A DNA stretch of 63,511 nt, filler included, from Basidiobolus ranarum (lineage: Eukaryota): NCBI GenBank assembly GCA_040143965.1. It is 26 parts of 26 records of this genome, joined end to end, with 100 filler letters (N's around TTAATTAATTAA, not from the genome) between each part and the next. Parts side by side here need not be neighbours in the genome. Positions count along the whole stretch, not along the records: positions 24,531 to 26,880 come from JASJQH010003442.1; positions 26,981 to 29,329 come from JASJQH010003443.1; positions 29,430 to 31,777 come from JASJQH010003444.1; positions 31,878 to 34,224 come from JASJQH010003445.1; positions 34,325 to 36,669 come from JASJQH010003447.1; positions 36,770 to 39,112 come from JASJQH010003448.1; 20 more parts are not named here. One strand, 5' to 3'. The first letter of the stretch is position 1. Each line of letters starts with the position of its first letter. Under the pieces are notes generated by a model that was not told the origin of the DNA, ran no database searches, and saw nothing but the letters and a program-made list of their open reading frames with translations. Shown piece by piece: positions 26,491 through 39,212 of this stretch. Position numbers and translations under genes: made by a program.

Positions 26491-27856
26491 AACGCTAATA
26501 TGACTCTATCGTTAGTCTACAAGACAGGAAAGTGAGTTCTAAGCTAGTCCGAAAATTTTCGATTCTATCGGGTGGCTGGATATCTTACCTCGTCTATATT
26601 AGTTGAACAAAATGTATCAATAGAAATTTGATGCTGCCTCACTCAGATCATCTCACATTCGATCTTACATGATTAATTTGGTATTCAATTAATTGATCAT
26701 TGATTCTTCACCAATTGAAGCAAAGTATAAAGAAATATTCTTCAAGTAGTTTTCGGGAATAGCAGTTGATAGAAATAAAAATACAGTTGCTTTCACCTAT
26801 CCAGAAGCAAGAGAGTTAGGTTTTGGTTAGAATGGTCACTAGTTGAAGCATGCAAATAAACAGAAGAAGAATATAGAAAGNNNNNNNNNNNNNNNNNNNN
26901 NNNNNNNNNNNNNNNNNNNNNNNNTTAATTAATTAANNNNNNNNNNNNNNNNNNNNNNNNNNNNNNNNNNNNNNNNNNNNGTATGACTGTACTTAACGAG
27001 CTTTCCAAAGTGCACCAAGTACCTTAGAAATTGGGGTTTTGATTCATCAGCAGGCCTGCTGACTTGGTATAACTTTTTTTTACGTGACAACCAGAAATAT
27101 AGAGAAGATATGAGGGCATGAAAGTTCTTTCAATTTGTTACATTAAGAAATAATATTAGGGTTATGATTTAGAATAAGCATGCGCATGGCTCAATTGATG
27201 AATATATCACTGGACTTGTGTTACTTATAGTTGGATTCCTTGGGACTGAAGTGACTCCAATCATGAATAAGCGTAAGTTTGGGTCAATGGTATTGGCAGC
27301 AACCTAATACAACTAAAACCAACTTTCATTCCTTCTCTGGGGATTAATTAATTTACACCAACTTTAAATCAAGGTTTGAGTACAAACACAATACAAAAAT
27401 GAGGACTGTAGTAGTAATGACGTTAGGGTATTTCTTTTTGGAGACTAAGATACCATTTCGTTAGTAATTTCTCCGGTATTTACTAAAAGAGGTTCAGATT
27501 TAAATAACCTACCTCTCTTTCCAGCCTCCTAAGCCATGGAACGTATGTACTACGCTCATCTGGATTTGGGTAACGGACACTGAATGATGCATGCATGATA
27601 AACGACTGTGCGAGCAGATTGGGTAATGAGTACCAAAAAAGTATATTCAGTGAAGGCTAGCACAGCAAAGATCAGATAAGGTAATGATCTGATAAATGGA
27701 ACATCAATAAAGTTTACAGCTCACTACTGTTTGGTGATGGAATTACTATTTATGACTTTTTTTGTCGAAAATCTATCACCACTGCATTTCAAGAAGGTAT
27801 AAAATGAGAGTCAGCGATTCATAGTACAGCACCCTTATCAGATCCAACTCTGTATA

Positions 27857-28453
27857 ATGAACAAGTACGATTGCACCAAATCCACCGGTTGTCCAGTGCC
27901 AGGCCACAAGTGCCATACTCGCCGCCAGCTTTGCTTTCCTGACGACAGAAGTGAATGTACTAATGAGAAGCTTGAGGTAATTCGCCTCGGAGGAACATAC
28001 AACATGTTTTGCGGCGTTGCTAAAGGACTCCCAGGTACAATTAACTTTGCTCAAGATACCAAGTGCGAAGAGTGGGAAGTATCTGCCAATGGACTATGCT
28101 ATCTCCCAGCTTGTAATGAACAGCAAACCAAGTGCTTAAGAGATGAGAAGGAATGTAAAGCTCTAGGGTTCGAAAACTCTGCGGAACTGAAATGTTTTTG
28201 GAAAACTGTACCCGGAGGGGCTGGGAGTCCAGGATCCTCTGGACCCGCGGTATCGGCAACCGCACCATCGAGCAGCTTGACTGGTGGTCAGATCGCCGGG
28301 ATTAGTATTGGCTCCGCAGTTGGAGTTGCAATTATTGCAATTGGTATCTTCTTGTTCCGCAAGAAACGCTCTAACCGAAATGCTAATACTCCACCTTCAT
28401 ACGTTGAAAATGGTAATATGACACCAATTGAGGAAAAGAGAGTCGTTCATTGA
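27857..28453 (+). CDS. Single-pass membrane protein with Cys-rich N-terminal domain and cytoplasmic PPxY motif
   Basis: 198-aa intronless ORF; many Cys in the first ~115 aa; G/S/P linker; TM GQIAGISIGSAVGVAIIAIGIFLF then RKKR; PPSY; TATAAAA ~60 nt upstream. Confidence 0.8.
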   Translation: MNKYDCTKSTGCPVPGHKCHTRRQLCFPDDRSECTNEKLEVIRLGGTYNMFCGVAKGLPGTINFAQDTKCEEWEVSANGLCYLPACNEQQTKCLRDEKECKALGFENSAELKCFWKTVPGGAGSPGSSGPAVSATAPSSSLTGGQIAGISIGSAVGVAIIAIGIFLFRKKRSNRNANTPPSYVENGNMTPIEEKRVVH

Positions 28454-29429
28454 CGAAGCTGCCTATCTTTTGGACAATAGTGCAATGATCCCCCACTCTC
28501 TTGTACTGAAAAAAGAATTCTTCGCGAATTAGCGTAAAATAAAGAGTTCTTAACTTGTCCATCTATTAAATGTGTATGTAAAGGTATCACAATGAGATAA
28601 TAGTTAATGCTCTCTTTCAAGCAATATAAACTTGGAGATGGGTTCTGAATTTAATTGGTGAAGATATTTTAGCACAGAACTTCTTCAATAACAAAAGCGA
28701 TCAGATTGCAAGCAAAATCAAGTAGTGCTAATGTAATGTTAGATATCCATCATGACAATCGGCTAATGTAAGTGTAGTGGGCAGTGCTAATTACTTTTCC
28801 AGGATGAAGTCTAAGGACTTACGCATAGTGACTATTACTTGAGCCAGGAAAGTACACTGGGGAAAAACCAAAGCAAATTTCCCATTATTTAGTGAGTTTC
28901 TTTATGTAATAAACGCCATGGGAAGCGAGGATTTTTTTACTTACGAAGTCTGCCAAAGAACTTATTAGACTGGTTTTACATTTTTGTTGATTTGAGTTCC
29001 CAGTACTTCCTGTAGTTGTCTGCATTCAAATATAAGATATCACACCGAAAATATATATATCCAGTTGAACATATTGAAGCTTGTTGATACATGGCACAAA
29101 AATCGAACCTGTTACATCTCTAATTATTTCGAAGAAATGCTATAACAAAGCAAAACTTTCTCAAGATGAGGTTGAAAGCAAACATTAGATATTGTCGCTA
29201 TTTAGTTTTAGAAGTAATTGTAGAGATATTCTGCTTGCTGCGAAATCGGCAAGTATTACAATTTTAAATTACACTGGGGTAATAAGTCAATATTGCGAAA
29301 AATGAAGCTTGTAGCGAGAATACTAAGAANNNNNNNNNNNNNNNNNNNNNNNNNNNNNNNNNNNNNNNNNNNNTTAATTAATTAANNNNNNNNNNNNNNN
29401 NNNNNNNNNNNNNNNNNNNNNNNNNNNNN

Positions 29430-31777
29430 AAGTCCCCATTCAAAAAAGCAGTTTAACTTCCTTTTGAAGGATTTTTAAGATGTGTTTTGCTGCTACTGCT
29501 AGTCTTGTTTTGATGGACTTGAACTTTGCTACAGGAGCAAGTGTTTCATTGTAGTCCACTCCTTCCATTTGAGAGTATCCTTTAGCCACAAGTCTGCCTT
29601 ACATCTCTCTACAGATCCATCAGTTTGCTGTTTGAATTGAAACACCCATTTGCATCCAATTGATATTTGGTTATCTGGTAACTTAACAAAAGTCCAAGTT
29701 TGGTTTTCTATGAGTGACTGACACTCCTCTGCCATTGCAGCACTCTAAACCTTGTGTTAGGCTTCTCCATAGCCTCCTGTACTTATTTAGGTTCATCAGA
29801 AAAGGCTAAATTAACACTAGGCTCCTTTTGGCAAGTATGCAAGTAGTAAGCAGGTTGCATTCTCATCCCATTGGAGCTCCTAAGATACAAAATTAGCACT
29901 ACAACTTCTGGTATCAATTTAGGCCATGAAACCACCTCAGGCTTAGTTGTGAAGACTGCAGGTGCGGAATTTTCAATGTTTTTCTCACCAATCAGGTTCT
30001 GGTGGGAGAAACAAGAATTTTCATCAAATTTTGATTGTTTTTCTTGATCCTGAATTGTTTTCATTGATACTTTTTCTTCTTCATCAAATTGCACATCCCT
30101 AGATTTGATTATCCAGATATTGTTAGTGTCATAGAGTCTGTGCCCTTTTGTTCCATCACTATATCCCAAAAAAAGATATTTCTGGCTTTTTTGGTCTAAT
30201 GTTGATCTCTTCTGGTCTGGAATCATTACAAATGTGGTACTTCCAAAAAATCTGAGATTAGCCACATCAGGTTTACTTCCAAACCAAGCTCAATAAGGTG
30301 TTGTAGCCAAGAGAGACCTAGCAGGACATCTATTTCTAAAATATACTACAGTTGCAACCAATTCAGCCCAGAATTGTCTTGGTACATATTGATCATGAAG
30401 CATTAATCTTGCCTTTTCCATTAGTGATCTGATTGCAAGCTCTGCTACTCCATTCTACCATGGGGATTATGGCACTGTAGTCTGCTGTATTATCCCATGT
30501 GTTGAGCAGAAGTTGGAGAAGAGCTTAGAGGTATATATTCCTCTCCATTATCAGTGTTGATAATCTCGGTCTTTAGACCTGTTTCAGTCTCAACCATTTC
30601 TTTGAATTTCTTGAAGGTATCAAAGGCTTCATCCTGACTGGCCAAAATATATACCTAAGTATACTTTGTCTAATCAACAATGAAGGTCATAAAATACCTT
30701 TTTCTGCCTAAGAATTTTGTGTGCATTAGGCCATACAGATCTGAGTGTATTGGGCCCAAGTTTTGATGATTTATACTCATTCCAGAGCCCACAAATGGCT
30801 GTCTGTGTTGGCCACCATATAGGTGACCTTCACATAGCACCAGCTCTGGTGGAATTAGGAGATATTTATTCCCAAAGCCATTTTGTTTTTGATTAAATTT
30901 CACATATTTTCAGCTCCTAGATGACCCAATCTGTTATGCCAGATTTTCCTGTCAATCTCATCAGCTGTGGCTGTATTAACTTGTTCATATATTGGCCAGT
31001 ATTAACTTGCTCATATATTGGCCTGATATAATGAATTTTACGCAAGTTATCTGCTTAGCTCCAGAAGCTACATAAGTACCTTTTTTGATCCCTGATTGTA
31101 TAGCTATTTTAGTCAAAATCAACACTATCTCCCTCAGATATAGCTTTACTCACGGATAACTATTTTTTTGCTATACCAGGCACATATAGCATGTTTTTCA
31201 GTTTTAAATGCATGTCCCCAGAGATGCCCCCAAGATTCAATTCAATAGTGCCCACTCCCAGAGCTTATAGTGGCTGGTCATCTCTCATATAAACCAAGTT
31301 ATTTATGTCAATTTTGAGTGTCTTGAACCAATTGTTTTTTAGAGAAATGTTGAGAGGCTCCAGAATCACTATATCATGTCCTACAGTCTTGTTCAGAGGT
31401 CACTGATAGGGTAGATATGAATAAAACTTCTTCTTTGGCTGAAACCAGAGTTGCTTATTCTGCCTTCTCATTTTTGCTGTAATTTCTTGATATGCAATCT
31501 TTTAACTGGTGTCCAAATTTGTTGCAACTATAGCATCAACCTGGATTACCTCTTCTGTAATCTTTGTACTTGCCAAAGCTATGTTTGCAAGCTCCAAAAA
31601 CAGCAACTTCCTTGGATTCTTTTTCCAAACTCTGACTTCTGATGTGTTAATCCATTATTCTTGCCACCACACACTCTAAAGTTAACTTGTCAGAGCTTGC
31701 ATCCAAAGCTGTGACCAAGTTTGAATTCTGTTCTGGTAGACTACTTAGAAGTGTCATAATAACATCTTCTTCCTGTA
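29430..31777 (-). mobile_element. Degenerate Ty1/Copia gag-PR-INT-RT (distinct family)
   Basis: DSGASQH, WHNRLGH, IHSDLYG, LDQKSQKYLFLGYSDGTKGHRLYD, IGCKWVF. Confidence 0.9.
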
Positions 31778-31877
31778 NNNNNNNNNNNNNNNNNNNNNNN
31801 NNNNNNNNNNNNNNNNNNNNNTTAATTAATTAANNNNNNNNNNNNNNNNNNNNNNNNNNNNNNNNNNNNNNNNNNNN

Positions 31878-34224
31878 GAGTAACCCCAAACTAGATCCAA
31901 AGTTCCTCTCAAATATCAAGTTGGATGAAAGCTCAATTAATTTCACATTGAGATCAATTGGTGTTGATACAGGCTTGCTATTCTCCATGTTGAAACATTT
32001 TAGAATGTCCAGCATGTATCTAGACTGATTCAGAATGACTTTCTGATTTGGTCTGTCTCTCTTGATTTTGATTCCAAGGAAATAACTTTATTCACCCATA
32101 TCAGTCATCTGAAATTGGTTTGATAAGCTTTTTTTGTCTGATTAAGTGCTTCTAGAACATTTGTGGATATGAAAAAATTTCCACATATGGTACCAAGACA
32201 AGAATCCTATTTCTGGTTGTTTTGTTGTAAATACTGTGATCTGCCGCGCATTTTTGGACATCCAGTGATTCCAAAGAGATATCTGTCTCTTTATACCATG
32301 CCCTTGGTGCTTGCTTGAGTCAATATATCAATTTTTGCGGCCTACAGACCATTTCAGGGTTTTTCAAGTCAACAAATCCATCTGGTAGCTCCACATCACT
32401 CTCTTCTCCTGGATTTCAATTCAGAAAGGCTGTTTTTACATCCATTTAATGTTTAATCAAGGTTTTTTGTATGGCTGAGAGTGCTAGCATCAATCTGAAG
32501 GATCTAAACTTAGCAATTGGAGCAATAGTTTCATTAAAATATACTCCAGGCATCTGTGAATAAACTTTTGCAACTAATTTTGATTTGTACCTTTCTATGG
32601 TTCCCTCATCTTAGTTTTTGACTTTTTAGACCCTTTTGCAACCTATTGACTTTCTCCCTGAATATACAGAACTTAAAACCCATGTTTTATTGTCCTGAAG
32701 TGAAGAAAACAATCAGACAGTACTTTTTCCCATGATTTCATATCTGGACACTCCAGAGCATAATCTGGAATTAGTGGCCTGTCACAGACTGCTGAATAAG
32801 CATATATATCGTCATCAGAAGTGTTCCACCAGATCCCTGGTCTTGTTTGTTGTTCCAGATGATCTTCGGGGTCCTGAATCATCCCCTGATGTAATTGGAG
32901 CTGGAATTTTGATTGAAATGGGCTCAGATACAGCTAGAATTTTGTCAGACACTTCCTGAATAGTGCTGATTGTGTTTTGTTGATCAAAAGGGTATACTTA
33001 TAATATCTAAGCCTGAAACAAGCCAATTTTGAAGCATTTGGGTCAGTTTTTGTTCCCCAATGTGGCCTAATCTTCTATACCATGTTTGAGAGCTTATTTT
33101 ACTGGTTTTGGTCCAGCTTGGATGCTCAGAATGCAATTTGTTGATATCAAACTTGTAAAAGAGTGAGTTTTGATCCAGGTAGATAATTTGGTATCATTCT
33201 GATTGGTGATAGTGCATCCAGCCTTGCTGAGTAAAAAATTCATGCCTTGAGCTGTTTTTTGGCTAACTGAGAGTAAATTCTTGGCTATATCTAGTATACA
33301 CAGTTGGTCATCCAATTTTGCAGATGCTTAAGCTGAATTCTGGTCTAAATTGAGCGCAGCAGTGCCCTTACTAAGTGCCTCTTATGCGTAGTTATCTCCT
33401 AAATAGATTTTCCTTGTTCAAATGGTATTAAGTTGAAAACCAGTCTTTCTTGTTTGACATATGATGGGAAGCTCCTGAATCAATGTACCATGTTTCTGAG
33501 TCTTGCTTAGTGGTTACCAATAGGGAAGCCTCAAAAAGATGGTCCATATCAGTGCATACTTGATTTGCCTGGTCCAAATTTAGCTTTTTGGCAAAAATCC
33601 TTTTTCTTTGATCTTTGATTAAATGGCCCAGTTTCTAGCAATATTTGCAGATACTTGATTTCCTGTCATGGGGCACCATTATTGAAGCTTGTTAGACATT
33701 TCCATTCCCCAAAAATGCCTGTTTTGCATTATTTTGCTAAGAATTAGATCTCCATAATTCCTCATTCAAAAGCCAAGCATGAACATATTCCATCTTTAAT
33801 GATTCTGATCTTGATTCAAGTGCAATTGTCAGGTTCTGAAACTTGTCCGGCAGGCTCCCAAGTAGTGTCATGACTAAGTCATCTTCATTTAGAGGTGGTC
33901 TAATTGATGGGAGCTGATCTGCCTTAGTTTTTCTCCAATTTATACAATAAGCCATAGACTCATCAGAATTCATCTGAATCAAGAACATTTTTCATCTAAC
34001 ATATGGCCTATTAGCCAGAATTTTAGTCTCATATAGTCACTCACATGTTTCCCAAGCAGTTTAGATCTTTTTGGCTAAGTGTATGTGCCTCAATTGAGAG
34101 TCTCTGAGATGTTGACAAACTGTAGAGAGTGCTTTCTTTTGCTTCTTGCAAAAGGCAAGGATAGCTTTAGGCAATCCCTGTGGCTCTGTTGCTTCTCCTG
34201 TAACAGTTCCCCCAAGTGCTTGGG
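31878..34224 (-). mobile_element. Degenerate Ty1/Copia gag-PR-RT lacking the integrase core
   Basis: TLLGSLPDKF (gag), CKYC..LGH knuckle, WYIDSGASHHM, WYRRLGH; RT starts only ~350 bp later. Confidence 0.85.
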
Positions 34225-34324
34225 NNNNNNNNNNNNNNNNNNNNNNNNNNNNNNNNNNNNNNNNNNNNTTAATTAATTAANNNNNNNNNNNNNNNNNNNN
34301 NNNNNNNNNNNNNNNNNNNNNNNN

Positions 34325-34955
34325 GGTTTGGGGTCGAACTGGTGGTGGGATTTGGCGTCAAGCTTGTAGGTGGGGTTGGTGCCGAGCTTGTAGTTGGGTT
34401 TGGTGTCGAGCTTGTAGTTGGGTTTGGTGTTGAGCTTGTAGTTGGGTTCGGTGTCGAGATTGTAGTTGGATTTGGTACGGGGCTCGTAGTTGGGTTTGGC
34501 GTGGAGTTTGCTGTTGTTGTTGCAATCTCATCACAAGGTCCCAGATTAACCCAGACTTGTTCGGCGTTGTTTCCAGGCTCATTGTTGAGTGTCCACCACT
34601 TGGCTTTCCACAGATTCCCATTGTAAGTTACTTGATTACTTCCTACGTATGCAACTCCTGGGTTCCACGAATTAACTCCAGAGCAAACTCCACTTCCAAC
34701 ATCGGCAGTTGGCTTCGGCGCAACGCCACATGTACCCATGTCAGCCCATACATCCTCTTGATTATTTCCAGGTTCACTGTTAAGAGTCCACCACTTGGCT
34801 TTCCATAATTTCCCACTGTATGTTACTTGGTTACTACCAGTGTATACTTCTCCTGAATTCCATTGTGGTACTCCGGCACAAATGTCGTTGGCCTGCCCAT
34901 ATGAGGCTAGAATCACCACTGCAATGGCGGAAAGGGTTAACTTTGCTGAAGGCAT
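34325..34955 (-). CDS. Secreted protein with two CBM5/12 (ChtBD3) chitin-binding modules and a Pro/Thr linker, probably a chitinase N-terminus (3' truncated)
   Basis: Signal peptide; two copies of W...VY.GSNQVTY.G.LWKAKWWT....PG....VW...G.C; PNPTTSST repeats; catalytic domain not on the contig. Confidence 0.85.
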
Positions 34956-36769
34956 TCTCGGTTGGCTGGCGATAGATGTACAAACAAGCAGGAACTAAGT
35001 CGAACAATGTGTTGATTCTACACCAGAGATTATTGAAGAAACTCAAGTCCTGGGACCGGCTTTTATACGTTGGCATCTTCTAACAAACACAATTATTACT
35101 ATTGTAGCGGTTCACTACCCAAAAAACCGAGCATAGCGAATAGCATTTCGCATGACTCTACTGAGGTAGAGTTTTCGGAAATCCGTCAAATCTTTGTACT
35201 TCAATTTCACCATATTTAATAATCCGAAAACTTTAGCCTTATTTATTAAATCTCGGATGGACTGATTTAAGGCTTACTCCGGGGAGAGAAGGTTGCCTTA
35301 TCCAGCTTCTTCAGCAGAATAGTGTGGAAATTGCTTTCACTATTGCATACGATCTTGTTAAGCTTCTGCATTCATTATTTATGAATACAAATACAATATC
35401 TCGGCTACAGCCGCTACGCGTAAATCCGTATATGTAGTGATTTTTAAGGTTAGTAATACTGGTATGTTTCTGGTCTGCTCTCTGGTGGATCACTCCGACT
35501 ACCGCGCTATCACCGAACTCACAAAAATATGAGTAAATGGGTAAGTGGGTAGCCACAATTCCCAAAATCGAATGCGGACCAATGAGTAAAGATATGTTGA
35601 TGGAATTTTCCTTATCGATCGTTAACCTCAGATCTGTATCACGATAGCGTGTTCAGAAACCATGATAGCTTACCAGTATTACTGTTTATGGTTCAAATTA
35701 CCAATTTATTTAGGTGAGGCTTGGAATACTTGCTGTGCCCAATGGACATGCTTTTAGACTTGTCAATCTAGTAACTATGAACAGGCACATCTAGTTTATT
35801 CAACATGCACTGACTGCTAATTCGGCGAAATCCTATCTTGGTTAAATTATGGGAGTTCACCAAATTACATATATTCTTGATTAGTTTATGTCTCTACATA
35901 CGTTGCATAGTAGGAAATACAGCATTACTCGTACAGTTGAGTGCTAGCAAAATCAAAAGATACTGAATATTAACCTGAACCAACAATGCAACTATTGCGT
36001 ATATAGAGTTCAAAATAGGTATACACTTCTAACATGACTAACGAAGGAATGCATTGTTGTTATACCTAAAAGGAGGCGTGAAGGCTATATTTGCATTACA
36101 CCACCAGCCATTCTAAACCGGTCATACTAAATCAGGAAGTAAATATTGACTCAAAGATCGATTATTCCTATATCTGTTGCTTCTTCGACCTTGCCACTCT
36201 TTTTGCAATATAACTTTTGTTGGACACCAGCTAAACTGACAACTGATAGTGATTCTTAAATCGTGTACATGAAAGCTGCTTAATCATAGCCTTCGCTTTA
36301 ATGGCCGATAACACGCCGACACAATGCTCATCATATTGAACCACTTGATGAGCCATCACATCATCCTAATCATCATGCAAAAGAGGACCGAATGTTCGGA
36401 ATGTAGTGACTCAGAATTTCAACTTTGATCAGACATTGTCTATGCTGATATGCTGATACCCGTAGGCATGATAACTAATTATACAACTAAATAAGCAAGC
36501 ATACATTTAGAAAACTAATCATACATTTACAATCATCAATATTTCGTTCATTGCCATATAAGTACCATTTACATATGTCATACAACTAACCAAGCGCGTA
36601 TTGATCTCCAAGTATTACTGCCATATCCTTGCTAGCAAAGCATGATGAATGAAATCAACTAGATATAACNNNNNNNNNNNNNNNNNNNNNNNNNNNNNNN
36701 NNNNNNNNNNNNNTTAATTAATTAANNNNNNNNNNNNNNNNNNNNNNNNNNNNNNNNNNNNNNNNNNNN

Positions 36770-36943
36770 GTAAGCTTCCACTAAAGCAGAGTCAGAAGGT
36801 TCCTTTTCATCTCCAGAGACTATATCCCCAAGCTCCCTGTCTTCCAGCATGATTTGCATCTTGAACTTCCAGAAATTTTAACTTTCTCCATCAAGCTTTG
36901 CGACACTTGAGTTAATAAAAGTGGTAGTAGTGGTTTCTATCAT
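36770..36943 (-). mobile_element. Copia family B gag N-terminus (pseudogenised)
   Basis: KLDGES*NFWKFKMQIMLEDRELGDIVSGDEKEP, a typical Copia gag start. Confidence 0.8.
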
Positions 36944-36961
36944 GCTGTAAAGGTTAGAACA

Positions 36962-36975
36962 CAGGACTCATAACC
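36962..36975 (-). promoter_or_regulatory. Primer binding site (internal or half tRNA-iMet type)
   Basis: GGTTATGAGTCCTG lies directly after the LTR end and before gag; resembles the copia-type GGTTATGGGCCC PBS. Confidence 0.7.
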
Positions 36976-37080
36976 TATTGGCAAAGTATGAGCTGTTTGG
37001 AGGAACTTTAGAAAAGGGGAGTTGTGAATAGCTTTTGTGAGATAATTATTTATTGTCCAGAAATGAAGCATTTATATTGA
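36976..37080 (-). repeat. Copia family B 5' LTR end (partial)
   Basis: Matches 57465-57570; ends ...CCAATA. Confidence 0.8.
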
Positions 37081-37082
37081 GC

Positions 37083-37600
37083 TTGGTTTGGAGCTAAACC
37101 TGATGTAAAACATTTGAAGATCTTTGGATGCATTGCTTATGTTAAAATTATGACCAAAAATTGGTCCATATTTGATCCAAAAAGTAAGAAATGCATATTT
37201 CTGGGTTATTGTACTCCAACTGAGGCCTACAGACTCTATGATACCAGAATTTTCAAGTTAATCAAGTCTAGGGATGTTTTGTTGAATGAAAATGAAAAAT
37301 ATTCACCAAAAATGACCTTAGATGATGACAAAAATCAACTTTCTTCTGATCCAATCACTCAAATTGATTCAAACCAAAACAATGAAGAAAATAGCATTCC
37401 TGTGGACCCTTCAACCAAAATTTGCTTACTGAAGTGCCCAATACAATGCTAGAAGCTGTAGTACCTTTATCCCAAACCAGGAGATCAAATTGGATTGGAA
37501 ATAGCTCAGATTACTATATCAGTGAGTCACAAAATTGGGCCTATGCCTGCACAGCTCAAACACATGAACCCCAGACTGTAGAAGATGCCCTGAATTATGT
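37083..37600 (+). mobile_element. Copia family A integrase C-terminal fragment
   Basis: KIFGCIAYVKI, FDPKSKKCIFLGY, EPQTVEDAL. Confidence 0.85.
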
Positions 37601-37845
37601 TGAATACAATCTGAGAAACTGTCAGAGAGACTCTATTGGCTAAGGCCTATTGCAATGGAAAAATTCACAATTATCCAGAAAACAGAACAAGACTGCAACA
37701 TTTTTTATTTGAGATCAAAACATATTTTCATTCATTTGAAGCTTTTAGAGGACAATATTGCTTTTGAAGTCACTTTCAGAGGATTAATTATGGAGAAGCA
37801 GTATCCTCCCTGTGTATAGGAAGTATAAAAGAGTTGTCATCATAG

Positions 37846-38030
37846 TGTTGAAATCAGCATTGCCTGAACACCTATATAGTCATATATAGCTTAGTATTTA
37901 ATTATCTTATATTTCACTAAGATATTACCCATTATTCTCATGAGGAATTTACTTAGAATATTAACATCAACTTACAAGTTCTCAGATATATAGATTTTTC
38001 AAACTTATGCTAGAAGCCCCAAATTTTGCA
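37846..38030 (+). repeat. Copia family A LTR, 5' half
   Basis: TGTTGAAATCAGCATTGCC... aligns with 7930 onward. Confidence 0.8.
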
Positions 38031-38403
38031 AAAATCTGGAAACTTGTTCATCCTTAATATTGAATACTAAATTCTATTTTGAGTATATCACGGCAAGATT
38101 AGAACTGATAAAAAGATGAAGTGTCATAGAATCCTAGAAAAACGAGGTCATATCACTTTAATGAACATCAAACATAGTCAGTGGATACATAAATTAAGTT
38201 TCTAGGGAACATATAACGCTAGCATATTAAGAGATTTTAGTGAGAAAGGTGGGTATGTATATGTATGTGTGGGGATTTGGCAATAAACTGTATCAATCGT
38301 GGCACTATTTGACACGACTTTCAAATTACTATCATACCATTATATATGTAATATATTCAACAATAATTGAATCATATTTGCTACCAAATTCAATTTAAAT
38401 CAC

Positions 38404-38977
38404 TCAACTTTGAATCTTGTGGCGAGCATGTCGGCTAAGAAAGTCAATACTACTTTGATAACTCGTACCAAGTAGACTAGCTGATTCAGGACCAAGGCTA
38501 GGATTCACTTTGTTATTGCGTATTGTAATTGGCTTGACTGTTGATGTGCGGAGATAAGACTGTTCACCAATGGTGCTTGACCGATTTTTATCTATCATAC
38601 TAAAAAGATGTTAACGGTTAGGAAATCTAGCACCTTTGAATTAACAATACTAACGATTTTCGTCGCCTAGCAGTTAGTATACTCTGAGGTGGGTTACGGG
38701 CTATTTGGGGCTATTGATAAAAAGTAATTGAGAAGCCAGTTTAACAAGATATTTCAAGAAATTAATATACAAACCTCTGGACTAGTTCCTCGAATCCAGT
38801 AATGGTTGAGAGCCTCCTCCGGAGTCAAACGCTTTTGAGGATCCCATTCAAGACACCGGGATACAAAATCTACGAATCCATTGTCCTTACACTTTAATAT
38901 TTGTGAGAGTGGTCTATGGCCAGGGCGTCTTCTTTTTCCTTTAGAATTGATAACTGGTCTAGGAGAGTTGTTTGAAT
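38404..38977 (-). CDS. DYRK-family (DYRK2/Pom1-like) protein kinase, 3' exons
   Basis: Exon 38775-38977 reads SNNSPRPVINSKGKRRRPGHRPLSQILKCKDNGFVDFVSRCLEWDPQKRLTPEEALNHYWI (CMGC insert and subdomain XI); tail exons less certain. Confidence 0.8.
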
Positions 38978-39212
38978 CTAGATACCAAATTAAAGCACGT
39001 AAGTTTGCGATTCTGTAGGGATCATTTATAGTTACTTCAAGGGGAAATATGGCTTTGGTTATAACTCAAGGGGATGAAGATATTCAAGTACTTAATAAGA
39101 TCAAAGACACTTNNNNNNNNNNNNNNNNNNNNNNNNNNNNNNNNNNNNNNNNNNNNTTAATTAATTAANNNNNNNNNNNNNNNNNNNNNNNNNNNNNNNN
39201 NNNNNNNNNNNN

